Part shown: piece after piece, positions 44,894 to 55,396 of the stretch
How the letters are laid out: each line of letters starts with the position of its first letter
How positions within the stretch are numbered: the stretch's first letter is position 1
Assembly: GCA_044348405.1 (NCBI GenBank)
Contig: JBIKSX010000001.1
Span: 28,328 to 92,327 of the forward strand
Length of the DNA stretch: 64,000 nucleotides
Origin: Candidatus Planktophila sp.
GTDB taxonomy: Bacteria; Actinomycetota; Actinomycetes; Nanopelagicales; Nanopelagicaceae
Direction of reading: 5' to 3'
Position numbers and translations under genes: made by a program
The notes under the pieces: model-generated
What the model saw: only the letters and a program-made list of their open reading frames with translations
Databases searched by the model: none
What the model was told of the DNA's origin: nothing

Positions 44894-46200
44894 GACAGGT
44901 TCTCCAGACGCACCGTCATTGCTTCACCATGTGCCGGCAAATCCTCAGAATTCGCTAAAACTACGACGGTATCAACAATGTCAGTAAATGCTTTTTGGTC
45001 GTATTCAATAAAGTGCAAGCCACGCAAAAAGGTTTGCACCGAAAGTCCACTTGAGTGACATGCGCAACCACCTGTAGGCAGTACGTGATTAGATCCAGCA
45101 GAGTAATCACCTAATGAAACCGGCGAGAATCTCCCGATAAATACTGCTCCGGCGTTTCGAATCTTTGCCGCATCACTTCGCGCATTTCTAGTTTGAATTT
45201 CTAAGTGCTCTGCGGCATATGCATTTACGACAGCTAAACCTTGTGCGATGTCATCAACTAAGGCAATTGCAGATTGAATCCCAGAAAGTGCTGAATTAAT
45301 TCGATCTGCGTGTTTGGTAGCAGCTACGCGAACTTTGAGCTCTGCTTCGACCGCTGCGGCTAATTCGGGTGAATCTGTCACCAATACCGCAGCTGCAATT
45401 ACATCGTGCTCTGCTTGACTGATTAAATCTGCTGCAACATCTGCAGCAATTGCCGAAGAGTCAGCCAAAATGGCAATCTCGGTTGGTCCCGCTTCGGAAT
45501 CAATGCCGATGACTCCGCGTAATGCGCGCTTTGCGGCGGCAACATAAATGTTTCCGGGACCGGTTACTAGATCTGCTTTTTCGCAGACCCCATCCATTCC
45601 GTAGGCAAAAAGTGCAATCGCTTGTGCACCCCCAACTGCATAAACTTCGGTGATTCCAAGTAACGCGCAGGTTGCAAGAATTGTGGGGTGTGGCAATCCG
45701 CCAAATTCTTTTTGTGGAGGCGATGCAACGGCAATTGATTGCACCTTTGCAATTTGTGCAGGAATCACATTCATCATCACACTACTTGGATACACCGCCC
45801 GACCACCAGGAACGTATAAACCAACACGATCAACCGGAATCCATTTTTCAGTGACTGTTCCACCATCAACCACAGTTGTGGTCTTTTCAGTTCGCAGTTG
45901 ATCCTTGTGCACTTTTGTAATTCGCTTGATGGATAGCTCTAATGCCGTGCGAATCTTTGGATCCAATTGTGCAAGGGCAGAATCCAAATCACTTTGTGAA
46001 ACCTTGATGGTGGCGGGCTTAACTCCATCAAACTCTTCGGCTAGTGCGATCAAATCTGCTTCTGTTCCATTCTTTACTCTTTCTAGAATGGGTTGGATGA
46101 GCAGCATCGCTTCTTGGACATTAAGTGTTGCCCGCGGTAATTGTGCGTTGTATTGCGCTTTAGACAGCGATCGTCCGCGCAGGTCAACGGTACGAATCAT
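44890..46200 (-). CDS. hisD: Histidinol dehydrogenase
   Basis: [37 protein letters not shown]; start set at ATG 46200. Confidence 0.98.
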   Translation of the reverse strand: MIRTVDLRGRSLSKAQYNAQLPRATLNVQEAMLLIQPILERVKNGTEADLIALAEEFDGVKPATIKVSQSDLDSALAQLDPKIRTALELSIKRITKVHKDQLRTEKTTTVVDGGTVTEKWIPVDRVGLYVPGGRAVYPSSVMMNVIPAQIAKVQSIAVASPPQKEFGGLPHPTILATCALLGITEVYAVGGAQAIALFAYGMDGVCEKADLVTGPGNIYVAAAKRALRGVIGIDSEAGPTEIAILADSSAIAADVAADLISQAEHDVIAAAVLVTDSPELAAAVEAELKVRVAATKHADRINSALSGIQSAIALVDDIAQGLAVVNAYAAEHLEIQTRNARSDAAKIRNAGAVFIGRFSPVSLGDYSAGSNHVLPTGGCACHSSGLSVQTFLRGLHFIEYDQKAFTDIVDTVVVLANSEDLPAHGEAMTVRLENLS

Positions 46201-46242
46201 TGGGTAATTGTAACGGCTAGGCAGCAAAGGATGCCGACTGAT

Positions 46243-49200
46243 TTAAACCAGGCAGTTAGGACCCAGAATAGATTTCAAATCAGCGCTCAGACTCGGTGAT
46301 GATGTGATTAATGCATCAACCTTCATCACAGTACTGCTTCCGTTATCTACCAGTTGCAAGTGAACTTCGCGCTTTCCTGGATGTGATCGCAAAATCTCTT
46401 TAATTCGATCTACAACTGGTGGTGTGCATTGCTGTATGGGAAGCGAAATCACAAGTGGCCCAGTAGGTCCCGCGCTGATATCTGGCATAGACATTTCAAG
46501 TGCGGTAAATCGCAGCGCATCTTCGCGCCGATCAACTCGGCCTCTGATGGTGACGATTCGATCTTCAGTCAACGACATCGAATACTGATTGTATGTATTT
46601 GCAAAGAACAGGACTTCTAGCGAACCTTCTAAATCTTCGACAGTAACTACTGCCCATGACGCACCCTGCCGCGAAACCTTGCGCGTAACACTTGTGATCA
46701 ATCCACCAATAGTCACGATTGCTTCGTGTTGTGCGCCGTGATCGGCAAGTTCACTAATTGACATATCTGTATTGGCGCGCAAAACATGTTCTACGCCCAG
46801 CAAAGGATGATCAGAAACATACAGTCCCAACATTTCGCGTTCATAAGAAAGCAACATTGCTTTGTCCCATTCGCCAGTTGGTACTTCAATATCTAAACCA
46901 GAAACCGCAGTAACCGCTTCTCCCCCGAAGAGATCAAACTGACCAATTGCTTCGGCTCGCTTAGATTCAATAACTGAGTCAATTGCTTCAAGGTGGATGG
47001 CAATTAAACCTTTACGGGTTGATCCCAGGGAACCAAAAGCTCCAGCTTTGATAAGAGATTCAATGGTCTTCTTGTTGCACACTTGCGCGTCAACCTTGGC
47101 AAGGAAATCGCCGAAGGATGTGTAGCGACCTTTTGAATCACGCGCATTTTTAATTGATGCAACTACACCTTCGCCAACATTTCGAATTGCAGCTAAACCG
47201 AAACGAATATCAACACCACGTGGGGTGTATTCAGCATCTGATTCATTGACATCAGGTGGCAAAACCTTAATTCCCATGCGACGACATTCTGATAAATACA
47301 ACGCTGACTTATCTTTGTCATCTCGCACGGAAGTCAAAAGTGCTGCCATGTATTCGGTTGGGTAATTAGCTTTTAGATATGCCGTCCAGTAGGAAACAAC
47401 ACCGTAACCGGCAGAGTGTGCGCGGTTAAAGGCATAGTCAGAGAAAGGAATCAAGACTTCCCATAAGCGCTTGATTGCAGCGGTTGAGAAACCATTTTCC
47501 TTCATACCGGCTTCAAAAGGAACATACTCTTTGTCCAGAATTTCTTTGTTCTTCTTACCCATTGCTTTTCGCAAAAGATCTGCGCGTCCCAAAGTAAAGC
47601 CCGCAACCTTTTGCGCAATTGCCATAACCTGCTCTTGGTAAACAATTAAGCCATAGGTATCACCTAAAATTTCGTGGAGCGGATCAGATAGTTCGGGGTG
47701 AATTGGTTCGACGGGCTTGCGACCATTCTTGCGATCTGCGTAGTTGTTATGTGCATTTTCACCCATTGGACCTGGGCGATACAGCGCGATAACTGCAGAT
47801 ATATCTTCAAATGAATCTGGCGACATGCTCTTTAGCAGCGCACGCATTGGTCCACCGTCGAGCTGGAATACACCCAAAGTATCGCCACGACTTAAGAGTG
47901 CATATGTTTTAGGGTCATCTAGAGTTAAATCTTCAAGCACAACATCCTTACCTTGGTTCGCTTTAATGTTTAGCAAGCAATCATCAAGTACCGAAAGGTT
48001 TCGAAGACCCAAAAAGTCCATCTTGAGCAGACCCGTTGCCTCGCATGCACCCATATCAAACTGGGTAATGATTGCTCCATCTGCTTCGCGACGATGAATT
48101 GGAATCACATCTAGCAAAGGTTCTCTGGAAAGAATCACACCGGCAGCATGTACGCCCCATTGGCGCTTCAATCCTTCAAGACCACGTGCAGTATCTACAA
48201 CACGTTTTGAATCAGGATCTGCGTTATATAACGATCGAAATTCACCGGCTTCTCCGTAGCGATCATCTTTTGGATCAAAAACGCCGCTGAGTGAAATGTC
48301 CTTACCCATAACCGATGGCGGAAGGGCTTTAGTCAGCTTTTCACCTACGACATATGGGTAACCAAGCACTCGGGTCGAATCTTTAATCGCTTGCTTAGAT
48401 TTAATCGTTCCGTAGGTGATGATCTGAGCGACGCGGTCTTCACCATATTTATTAGTTGCATATCGAATCATTTCGCTGCGTCGGCGTTCATCGAAGTCCA
48501 AGTCGATATCAGGCATAGAAATACGTTCTGGATTTAGAAAGCGCTCAAACAACAAACCATGCTCGAGTGGATCAAGTCCGGTGATTCCCAATGAGTAGGC
48601 AACAAGTGAACCTGCTGCAGATCCACGACCAGGGCCAACTCGAATACCAACTTTTTTAGCGTGACCAACTAAGTCTGCAACTACAAGAAAGTAGCCAGGA
48701 AAACCCATTTTTTCCATAACGCCAAGTTCATACTTTAGACGTTCAACATGTGCCGGAGTAACGCGTGATCCCAGCCGCTGCGTTAATCCCCGCTCTGCCT
48801 CTTTTTTCAACCAGGAATCTTCGGTTTCACCAGCAGGAACTTCGAATTGAGGAAGCAGGTTTTCTCCCTCTCGCAAAGTAATGTTGCAGCGCTCTGCGAT
48901 CAACAAAGTGTTATCGCAACTTTCAGGAATATCCTTAAAGAGTTCGCGCATTTGTGCAGCGGTCTTAACATAGAAAGAGTCATTATCAAATTTGAATCGC
49001 TTTGGATCTGCCAAGGTTGAACCAGACTGAACACAAAGCAGCGCTTCATGTGCACCAGCATCGGCTTGGCGGGTGTAGTGCAGATCGTTAGTTGCAAGAA
49101 GAGGCAAGCCAAGTTCTTTGCCAAGCTTCATTAAGTCGGCTTTAACACGGGATTCAATTTCAATTCCGTGATCCATTACTTCAAGGAAAAAATTTTCCTT

Positions 49201-49758
49201 GCCAAAGATGTCGCGATAAGCACTTGCTGCTCTTATTGCTTCTTTATAAGCACCCATTCGCAAACGAGTTTGAATTTCTCCACCTGGACAACCAGTTGTT
49301 GCAATCAAACCCTTTGAATACTGTGCTAGCAGCTCACGATCCATACGTGGCTTGTAGTAATAACCTTCAAGGGATGCAAGTGATGACAACCTAAAAAGAT
49401 TTCCAAGACCTTCGTTGTTTTCGGCCAAGATAGTCATGTGCGTGTAAGCACCACCACCAGAGACATCATCTTCTCCGCCATCTGCCCACTGGACACGCTT
49501 CTTATCAAATCGTGATTCTGGTGCGACGTAGGCTTCGATACCAATGATTGGCTTTACATCAGCATTTTTGGCGGCTTTGTAGAATTCAAAAGCACCGAAA
49601 ACATTTCCGTGATCTGTCATCGCAATAGCAGGCATACCCTGTGCTTTGACTTCGGAGATTAAATCGCCAACGCGCGCAGCACCATCGAGCATCGAATACT
49701 CGGTATGGACGTGAAGATGGACGAAATTCTCCGCCGCATTCTTATTCTGGCTAGGCAT
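46243..49758 (-). CDS. dnaE: DNA polymerase III alpha subunit
   Basis: PHP domain HLHVHTEYSMLDG, GRGSAAGS, PDIDLDF, KMDFLGL, OB fold. Confidence 0.99.
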   Translation of the reverse strand: MPSQNKNAAENFVHLHVHTEYSMLDGAARVGDLISEVKAQGMPAIAMTDHGNVFGAFEFYKAAKNADVKPIIGIEAYVAPESRFDKKRVQWADGGEDDVSGGGAYTHMTILAENNEGLGNLFRLSSLASLEGYYYKPRMDRELLAQYSKGLIATTGCPGGEIQTRLRMGAYKEAIRAASAYRDIFGKENFFLEVMDHGIEIESRVKADLMKLGKELGLPLLATNDLHYTRQADAGAHEALLCVQSGSTLADPKRFKFDNDSFYVKTAAQMRELFKDIPESCDNTLLIAERCNITLREGENLLPQFEVPAGETEDSWLKKEAERGLTQRLGSRVTPAHVERLKYELGVMEKMGFPGYFLVVADLVGHAKKVGIRVGPGRGSAAGSLVAYSLGITGLDPLEHGLLFERFLNPERISMPDIDLDFDERRRSEMIRYATNKYGEDRVAQIITYGTIKSKQAIKDSTRVLGYPYVVGEKLTKALPPSVMGKDISLSGVFDPKDDRYGEAGEFRSLYNADPDSKRVVDTARGLEGLKRQWGVHAAGVILSREPLLDVIPIHRREADGAIITQFDMGACEATGLLKMDFLGLRNLSVLDDCLLNIKANQGKDVVLEDLTLDDPKTYALLSRGDTLGVFQLDGGPMRALLKSMSPDSFEDISAVIALYRPGPMGENAHNNYADRKNGRKPVEPIHPELSDPLHEILGDTYGLIVYQEQVMAIAQKVAGFTLGRADLLRKAMGKKNKEILDKEYVPFEAGMKENGFSTAAIKRLWEVLIPFSDYAFNRAHSAGYGVVSYWTAYLKANYPTEYMAALLTSVRDDKDKSALYLSECRRMGIKVLPPDVNESDAEYTPRGVDIRFGLAAIRNVGEGVVASIKNARDSKGRYTSFGDFLAKVDAQVCNKKTIESLIKAGAFGSLGSTRKGLIAIHLEAIDSVIESKRAEAIGQFDLFGGEAVTAVSGLDIEVPTGEWDKAMLLSYEREMLGLYVSDHPLLGVEHVLRANTDMSISELADHGAQHEAIVTIGGLITSVTRKVSRQGASWAVVTVEDLEGSLEVLFFANTYNQYSMSLTEDRIVTIRGRVDRREDALRFTALEMSMPDISAGPTGPLVISLPIQQCTPPVVDRIKEILRSHPGKREVHLQLVDNGSSTVMKVDALITSSPSLSADLKSILGPNCLV

Positions 49759-49776
49759 GATTGGCGAGATTAGTGG

Positions 49777-50718
49777 CTAAGGCAGAACGGCGTCGGAAAG
49801 CAACGCCAACGAGCCTGTGAGATCGGCTGGATATGGGGCGTGGAACTGCAGAGCTTGCCCCGTAACTGGGTGAGCAAAGCGAAGTTGTGCGGCGTGGAGC
49901 CAGGGTCTAGACATCTGCAAACTCTTAGCCAAGACTGGATCGGCTCCGTATGTTGTGTCACCAACAAGTGGGTGGTGCAGTGCAGAAAAGTGAACACGGA
50001 TTTGGTGCGTGCGACCGGTTTCAAGTTCTACCTTCACCATTGAAACGCCGCGATAAAATTCAATTACTTCGTAGTGAGTGATTGATTCTTTTCCAGTAGC
50101 AACAACTGCAAAGCGATGGTCTTCTTTAGGATGTCGATCAATCGGTGCATCGATAGTTCCAGTTGTTGGATCCAAATGACCTTGCACCATTGCATGATAA
50201 ATCTTTTCAACAGTGCGATTGCGAAATGCATCCTTTAGAACATGAAAAGCGGTATCACTTTTCGCCACGATCATTAATCCGCTGGTGCCCACATCTAATC
50301 TATGAACAATTCCTTGACGCTCTGCTGGGCCGGAAGTACTAACTGAATAACCAGCTGCCATTAACGCACCGACAACTGTTGGCCCAGTCCATCCAGGACT
50401 TGGATGTGCCGCACATCCAATTGGCTTATCAATTACAACAATGTCTTGATCATCGTAAACAATTGTTAATCCCTCTAATGGTGTCAACGGAATTGGATCG
50501 GTGTTAACTGGTGCTGGCATTAAGACATCAATTACTTGACCAGCGGTAACGCGATCAGATTTAGACATCGCTTTGCCACCAGTTGTGATGTCGCCGTCTT
50601 CGAGCAGCTTTACAACAGCGGTTCGGGATAGACCCAGCACGCGTGTTAACGCGCTATCGATGCGCTCTCCCGCGACTCCTTCTGGCACAGACAAGGTGCG
50701 TAATTCGCGGTTACTCAT
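49777..50718 (-). CDS. RluA/RluD family pseudouridine synthase
   Basis: N-terminal S4 domain, GIVHRLDVGTSG, LETGRTHQIRVH. Confidence 0.95.
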   Translation of the reverse strand: MSNRELRTLSVPEGVAGERIDSALTRVLGLSRTAVVKLLEDGDITTGGKAMSKSDRVTAGQVIDVLMPAPVNTDPIPLTPLEGLTIVYDDQDIVVIDKPIGCAAHPSPGWTGPTVVGALMAAGYSVSTSGPAERQGIVHRLDVGTSGLMIVAKSDTAFHVLKDAFRNRTVEKIYHAMVQGHLDPTTGTIDAPIDRHPKEDHRFAVVATGKESITHYEVIEFYRGVSMVKVELETGRTHQIRVHFSALHHPLVGDTTYGADPVLAKSLQMSRPWLHAAQLRFAHPVTGQALQFHAPYPADLTGSLALLSDAVLP

Positions 50719-51200
50719 GGCTGCGAGCCTACCTTTGTTATCGGCGGGATGTTTCTGACAGTTAAAACCATGGAAAGTAGGGCTGCAGAGACTATTGCCA
50801 TGTCGGCGATGTTAAACACTGGCCAATTGGGAATCTGTAACCAATCAATAACATGGCCCCGCAAGATACCGGGTTCGCGGAAGATGCGATCGACCATGTT
50901 TCCTAAGATTCCGCCCAATACTAATCCCAAAACAACTGCCCACCCACGAGAGGTAATTCTTGGCGCGTAATACAAAACCACGATCATCACGACCAAACTA
51001 AACAGCGATAAGAAAATGGTTGCACCTGCTGCAAATGAAAAAGCAGCCCCCGGATTTCGAACAAAGGTAAGTTGCAGGAACTCACCAATTACTTTGATGT
51101 TTGATTTATAGGAAAGATTATTGACTGCCCAGATCTTGGTGGCTAAATCCAGGATCCATACCGCCCAGGCAACACCAAAGAGTGTGCGCCACATGCGCAC
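50715..51200 (-). CDS. lspA: Lipoprotein signal peptidase II
   Basis: NPGAAFS, GNMVDR, VIDW, FNIADMAI. Confidence 0.96.
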   Translation of the reverse strand: MRMWRTLFGVAWAVWILDLATKIWAVNNLSYKSNIKVIGEFLQLTFVRNPGAAFSFAAGATIFLSLFSLVVMIVVLYYAPRITSRGWAVVLGLVLGGILGNMVDRIFREPGILRGHVIDWLQIPNWPVFNIADMAIVSAALLSMVLTVRNIPPITKVGSQP

Positions 51201-51202
51201 TG

Positions 51203-52015
51203 CTAGCGCCGTTCTTCCTTCTGCTTGCAGAGCATGCAGAGAGTTGCGCGTGGAAATACTTGCAAGCGCGCTTTACCGATTGGTGAACCACACTCTTCAC
51301 AATTTCCGTAGGTCTTATTTTCAATTCGCTCAAGAGCGCGTTCGGTCTGCAAAACCATGTCACGCGCGTTAATCACAAGAGACATTTCATGTTCGCGTTC
51401 AAAAGTCTTGGTCCCTGCATCTGCTTGATCATCGCCAGCACCTTCGCCAGATTCTTGAATCAATGCATCCATCTCTTGCTCAACAACTGCAAGTTCGCTG
51501 CGCAACCGATCCAACTCTTTTGAAATTTCACTTTTAATCGCTTTGATTTCGGCGGCAGTCCAGGGAGATTCATTCTCGCTGACAACAACTGGTGTAGGTG
51601 CAACTTTGATTGGTTTTAGCGGCGCGATCTTCTTGCCACTCTTTACCGGCCGCGGCGGAGGTGGCATGACTAAACGACGCTCTTCTACAACTGGTGCAAC
51701 AACGGGTGCGGTAATTGTTGAAACTGAAACTGTTTGGGATTTCTCATCGACTGTCAGAGTGGTCTTGGATGGAAATGGTTTGCCTGGAGCTTTCTTTACC
51801 GGAATGCTCTTAACCGATGCTTTTTTAGCTGGAGCTGCTTTCTTGGCAACTTTCTTTGCTAACGCCTTTTTAGCAGGTGCTGCTTTCTTAGCAACTTTTT
51901 TAGCAGGTTTTGCTTTCTTTACAACCTTCTTTACAACCTTTTTTACAGCCTTCTTGACCGTCGCTTTTTTAGCAGTTTTCTTGACCGCCGCTTTTTTAAC
52001 TGGCTTCTTAGGCAT
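51203..52015 (-). CDS. DksA/TraR C4 zinc-finger protein with Lys/Ala-rich histone-H1-like N-terminus
   Basis: KKAA/KKVA/PAKK repeats, coiled-coil tip DDQADAG, CEECG...CMLC zinc finger. Confidence 0.9.
   Translation of the reverse strand: MPKKPVKKAAVKKTAKKATVKKAVKKVVKKVVKKAKPAKKVAKKAAPAKKALAKKVAKKAAPAKKASVKSIPVKKAPGKPFPSKTTLTVDEKSQTVSVSTITAPVVAPVVEERRLVMPPPPRPVKSGKKIAPLKPIKVAPTPVVVSENESPWTAAEIKAIKSEISKELDRLRSELAVVEQEMDALIQESGEGAGDDQADAGTKTFEREHEMSLVINARDMVLQTERALERIENKTYGNCEECGSPIGKARLQVFPRATLCMLCKQKEERR
51770..52012 (-). repeat. Low-complexity Lys/Ala/Val/Pro coding repeats
   Basis: Degenerate repeats including AKKVAKKAAPAKKA twice. Confidence 0.8.
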
Positions 52016-52099
52016 GTCGCGAACCTTATGCCTTCGCACCCGCCCTGACCAAGTTCGCCACGGTGAATTTTTAACGAATCAATCAACTATACTTAGAGC

Positions 52100-52285
52100 C
52101 TCGCGTAAGGGGCGTTGACGGGGCTATCACCTCACGAGCTGGCAGGAAGAAATGGGCCTTGGTCCATGTAGAACCGGCACGCGGGATTACAAGTGGCACA
52201 CCACGGTGTGCAAGGCGGGTGGTACCGCGAAAGCTGTGAACGCAGCGATCGTCCCTCCAGAGTTTGTTTTCTGGAGGATTTTTTT
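52100..52285 (+). promoter_or_regulatory. Actinobacterial ileS T-box riboswitch (short Stem I type)
   Basis: -10 TATACT at 52088-52093; candidate Ile specifier ATC at 52126-52128; T-box AAGGCGGGTGGTACCGCG at 52212-52229; hairpin CCTCCAGA/TCTGGAGG covering the SD. Confidence 0.92.
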
Positions 52286-55200
52286 ATGTCATTTCGCGCC
52301 ATCCCAGCAGCTGTTGATCTGCCTGCCGTCGAACATTCAATCCTAAAGTTCTGGCGCGAAAACTCAATTTTTGAAAAAACTGTTGCAGCACGTGAAGGTG
52401 CACCTGCATGGACTTTTTATGAAGGTCCCCCAACGGCAAATGGCATGCCGGGAACGCATCACATTGAAGCGCGCGTCTTTAAGGATTTGTTTCCACGTTT
52501 TCACACCATGAAAGGCAAGCAAGTAACTCGTAAAGCAGGTTGGGATTGCCACGGTTTACCAGTGGAAATCGCTGTCGAAAAAGAACTTGGTTTTTCTGGA
52601 AAAGGCGACATTGAAAAATTTGGAATCGCACCATTTAATGACAAGTGTCGTGAATCTGTTCAGCGTCACGTAAGTGCCTTTACCGACATGACAGATCGCA
52701 TGGGGTTCTGGGTAGATTTTGATGAAGCGTATTGGACCATGTCACCTGAATATGTGGAATCAGTGTGGTGGTCCCTTAAGGAAATCTGGAAAAAAGGCCT
52801 GCTTGTACAAGACCATCGCGTTGCACCATATTGCCCGCGCTGTGGAACTGGTTTATCAGATCACGAATTAGCACAAGGGTATGAAACCGTTACGGATCCA
52901 TCGGTCTTTGTTCGCTTTCCGATTACTTCAGGTGAGCTAGCTCAACTACATGCATCGCTATTGGTTTGGACTACTACCCCATGGACTCTGGTTTCAAACA
53001 CCGCAATTGCTGTTCACCCCGAAGTTGAATATGTAGCGGTCGAAGTAACCCATGAAGAGACAACCGAAGTCTTAGTGGTTGCCAAGAATCTAATTGAAAC
53101 GCTCAAGGGTGAAAAGAAGATTCTCAAGACCATCTTGGGCAAGGATCTAGAACGCACCACATATAAGCGACCATTTGACTTCATTGAAATTCCAGATGCT
53201 CACTTTGTTGTACTTGCAACCTATGTAACCACTGAAGATGGAACAGGACTGGTGCATCAGGCGCCAGCTTTTGGTGCAGATGACTTGGCAGTCTGTCGTA
53301 GCTACGGCCTGCCTGTTGTAAATCCAATTGCACCTGATGGACATTTCCTGGCTGATATCGCCGTTGTTGGCGGAATATTTTTCAAAGATGCCGACAAGCC
53401 GCTAGTCAAAGAGTTAAAAGCAAGTGGCGCTTTATACAAGCATCAACAATATGAGCACTCGTATCCGCACTGCTGGCGTTGTCACACTGCGCTGATGTAT
53501 TACGCGCAACCATCGTGGTACATCCGCACCACTTCAATTAAAGATGCACTGCTGCGCGAAAACTCGGCAACAGATTGGCATCCTGAAACCATCAAAGAAG
53601 GTCGTTACGGTGATTGGCTCAATAACAATATTGACTGGGCACTTTCCCGTAATCGCTATTGGGGAACGCCTTTGCCAATTTGGCGCTGCGAAAACAAGCA
53701 CGAAATTTGTGTTGATTCGCTGAAGGAACTGGGTGCTTTGGCAGGACAAGAGCTTTCGAATCTTGATCCCCACCGTCCTTTTGTTGATGACATCACTTTT
53801 GCCTGCGCAGAGTGTTCATCAACCATGACACGTGTGCCTGAAGTTATTGATTGCTGGTATGACTCAGGTGCAATGCCATTTGCGCAATGGGGTTACCCGC
53901 ACAAGGAAGGTTCAGTAGAAAAGTTCAAGGCTTCATACCCTGCCGACTTTATTTGTGAAGCTATCGATCAAACTCGCGGCTGGTTCTACACCTTGATGAC
54001 TATTGGAACACTGGTCTTTGATAAATCTTCATATAAAACTGTTCTGTGCCTGGGCCATATCTTGGATAAAGATGGTCGCAAAATGAGCAAGCATCTTGGA
54101 AACGTTCTAGAACCAATGGCTTTGATGGATCAACATGGCGCAGATGCGGTTCGTTGGTACATGTTGGCAGCAGGTTCCCCATGGGCTGCGCGCCGTGTTG
54201 GCCACGACAGTATCAATGAGGTTGTTCGTAAAACTTTATTGACCTACTGGAACACTGTTTCTTTCCATGCGCTATATGCCAATGCCTCAAACTTTGAAAT
54301 ATCTCAAACTCCAGCCCTATCACAACGTCCACTAATGGATCGTTGGATCATCTCTGAACTAAACCTTTTGGTAAAAGAGGTAGATGCGGCGCTAGAAGAT
54401 TTTGATTCGCAAACTGCAGGTCGCGCACTTGCCCGATTTATTGATGATTTATCTAACTGGTATGTACGAAGATCTCGTCGACGTTTCTGGGATGGTGATA
54501 CAGCCGCCCTTGGAACTTTGCATGAATGCTTAGTGACGCTGACCCAACTTCTTGCTCCCCTTGTTCCATTTATTACCGAGCAGGTTTGGCAAGAGTTAGT
54601 TCTTCCGGCTGATGCCACACAACCAGCATCTGTTCATCTTTCAAATTGGCCTTTGGTCAATGAAGCCGCAGTCGATTCTGAATTAGGATCACAAGTTGCC
54701 TTGACTCGCAGAATTGTTGAATTAGGTCGAGCAACTCGCGCCGAATCAGGAATTAAAATCCGACAACCACTTGGACGGGCACTTATTGCCGCAAGCGGTT
54801 GGGCGACTTTGCCTGAAGCCATGCGTGAACAGATTGCCGATGAATTAAATGTTCAGACCTTGCAAGACATCGCAACCGCCGATGGCGACCTTGTTGATAT
54901 CAGCGTCAAAGCTAACTTCAAATCACTCGGTGCGAAATTTGGTGGAGCTGTGCAGGAAATTGCAAAAGCTATTGCCACAACCGATGCAACTTCGTTAGTA
55001 AAGACGCTGCGTGCTGCTGGCGTAACAACTGTTGGTACTTGGGAAATCGCGTTGGATGATCTGGTGATTACCGAAGTCCCAAAGAGCGGTTGGAGCGTTT
55101 CTTCTCACGATGGAGAAAGCGTTGCACTGGATCTAGAACTCACTCCTGCGCTAATTGCGGCTGGAAACGTACGTGAAGTAATTAGATTTATTCAAGAGCG

Positions 55201-55396
55201 CCGCAAAAGTGATGGGCTGGAAATTTCAGATCGAATCAAGGTGACTTGGAATGCAACTGATGAAATGGCAGCTGCAATCGAATCTGATGTGACGCACATT
55301 GGTAATGAAGTGCTAGCGCTGTCTATGACACGTGATCCTGGTTTAGCAATCACGGATGCTGAGATTGGTGTTGAGGTCGTACTAGTTAAGCAATAA
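52286..55396 (+). CDS. ileS: Isoleucine--tRNA ligase, type 2
   Basis: FYEGPPTANG, GWDCHGLP, WTTTPWT, GTGLVH, DQTRGWF, KMSKH; true start ATG 52286 after GGAGG. Confidence 0.98.
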   Translation: MSFRAIPAAVDLPAVEHSILKFWRENSIFEKTVAAREGAPAWTFYEGPPTANGMPGTHHIEARVFKDLFPRFHTMKGKQVTRKAGWDCHGLPVEIAVEKELGFSGKGDIEKFGIAPFNDKCRESVQRHVSAFTDMTDRMGFWVDFDEAYWTMSPEYVESVWWSLKEIWKKGLLVQDHRVAPYCPRCGTGLSDHELAQGYETVTDPSVFVRFPITSGELAQLHASLLVWTTTPWTLVSNTAIAVHPEVEYVAVEVTHEETTEVLVVAKNLIETLKGEKKILKTILGKDLERTTYKRPFDFIEIPDAHFVVLATYVTTEDGTGLVHQAPAFGADDLAVCRSYGLPVVNPIAPDGHFLADIAVVGGIFFKDADKPLVKELKASGALYKHQQYEHSYPHCWRCHTALMYYAQPSWYIRTTSIKDALLRENSATDWHPETIKEGRYGDWLNNNIDWALSRNRYWGTPLPIWRCENKHEICVDSLKELGALAGQELSNLDPHRPFVDDITFACAECSSTMTRVPEVIDCWYDSGAMPFAQWGYPHKEGSVEKFKASYPADFICEAIDQTRGWFYTLMTIGTLVFDKSSYKTVLCLGHILDKDGRKMSKHLGNVLEPMALMDQHGADAVRWYMLAAGSPWAARRVGHDSINEVVRKTLLTYWNTVSFHALYANASNFEISQTPALSQRPLMDRWIISELNLLVKEVDAALEDFDSQTAGRALARFIDDLSNWYVRRSRRRFWDGDTAALGTLHECLVTLTQLLAPLVPFITEQVWQELVLPADATQPASVHLSNWPLVNEAAVDSELGSQVALTRRIVELGRATRAESGIKIRQPLGRALIAASGWATLPEAMREQIADELNVQTLQDIATADGDLVDISVKANFKSLGAKFGGAVQEIAKAIATTDATSLVKTLRAAGVTTVGTWEIALDDLVITEVPKSGWSVSSHDGESVALDLELTPALIAAGNVREVIRFIQERRKSDGLEISDRIKVTWNATDEMAAAIESDVTHIGNEVLALSMTRDPGLAITDAEIGVEVVLVKQ

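Noticed and set aside
46243-49758. Intein in dnaE
   Set aside because: Length and motif spacing fit an uninterrupted DnaE; no splice-junction or LAGLIDADG insert seen
51543-52118. 191-aa hydrophobic plus-strand ORF
   Set aside because: The Phe/Leu/Ala richness is the antisense reading of the Lys/Ala repeats
52152-52285. N-terminal extension of IleRS and a 64-aa upstream ORF
   Set aside because: The region is the T-box leader; the SD-supported start is ATG 52286
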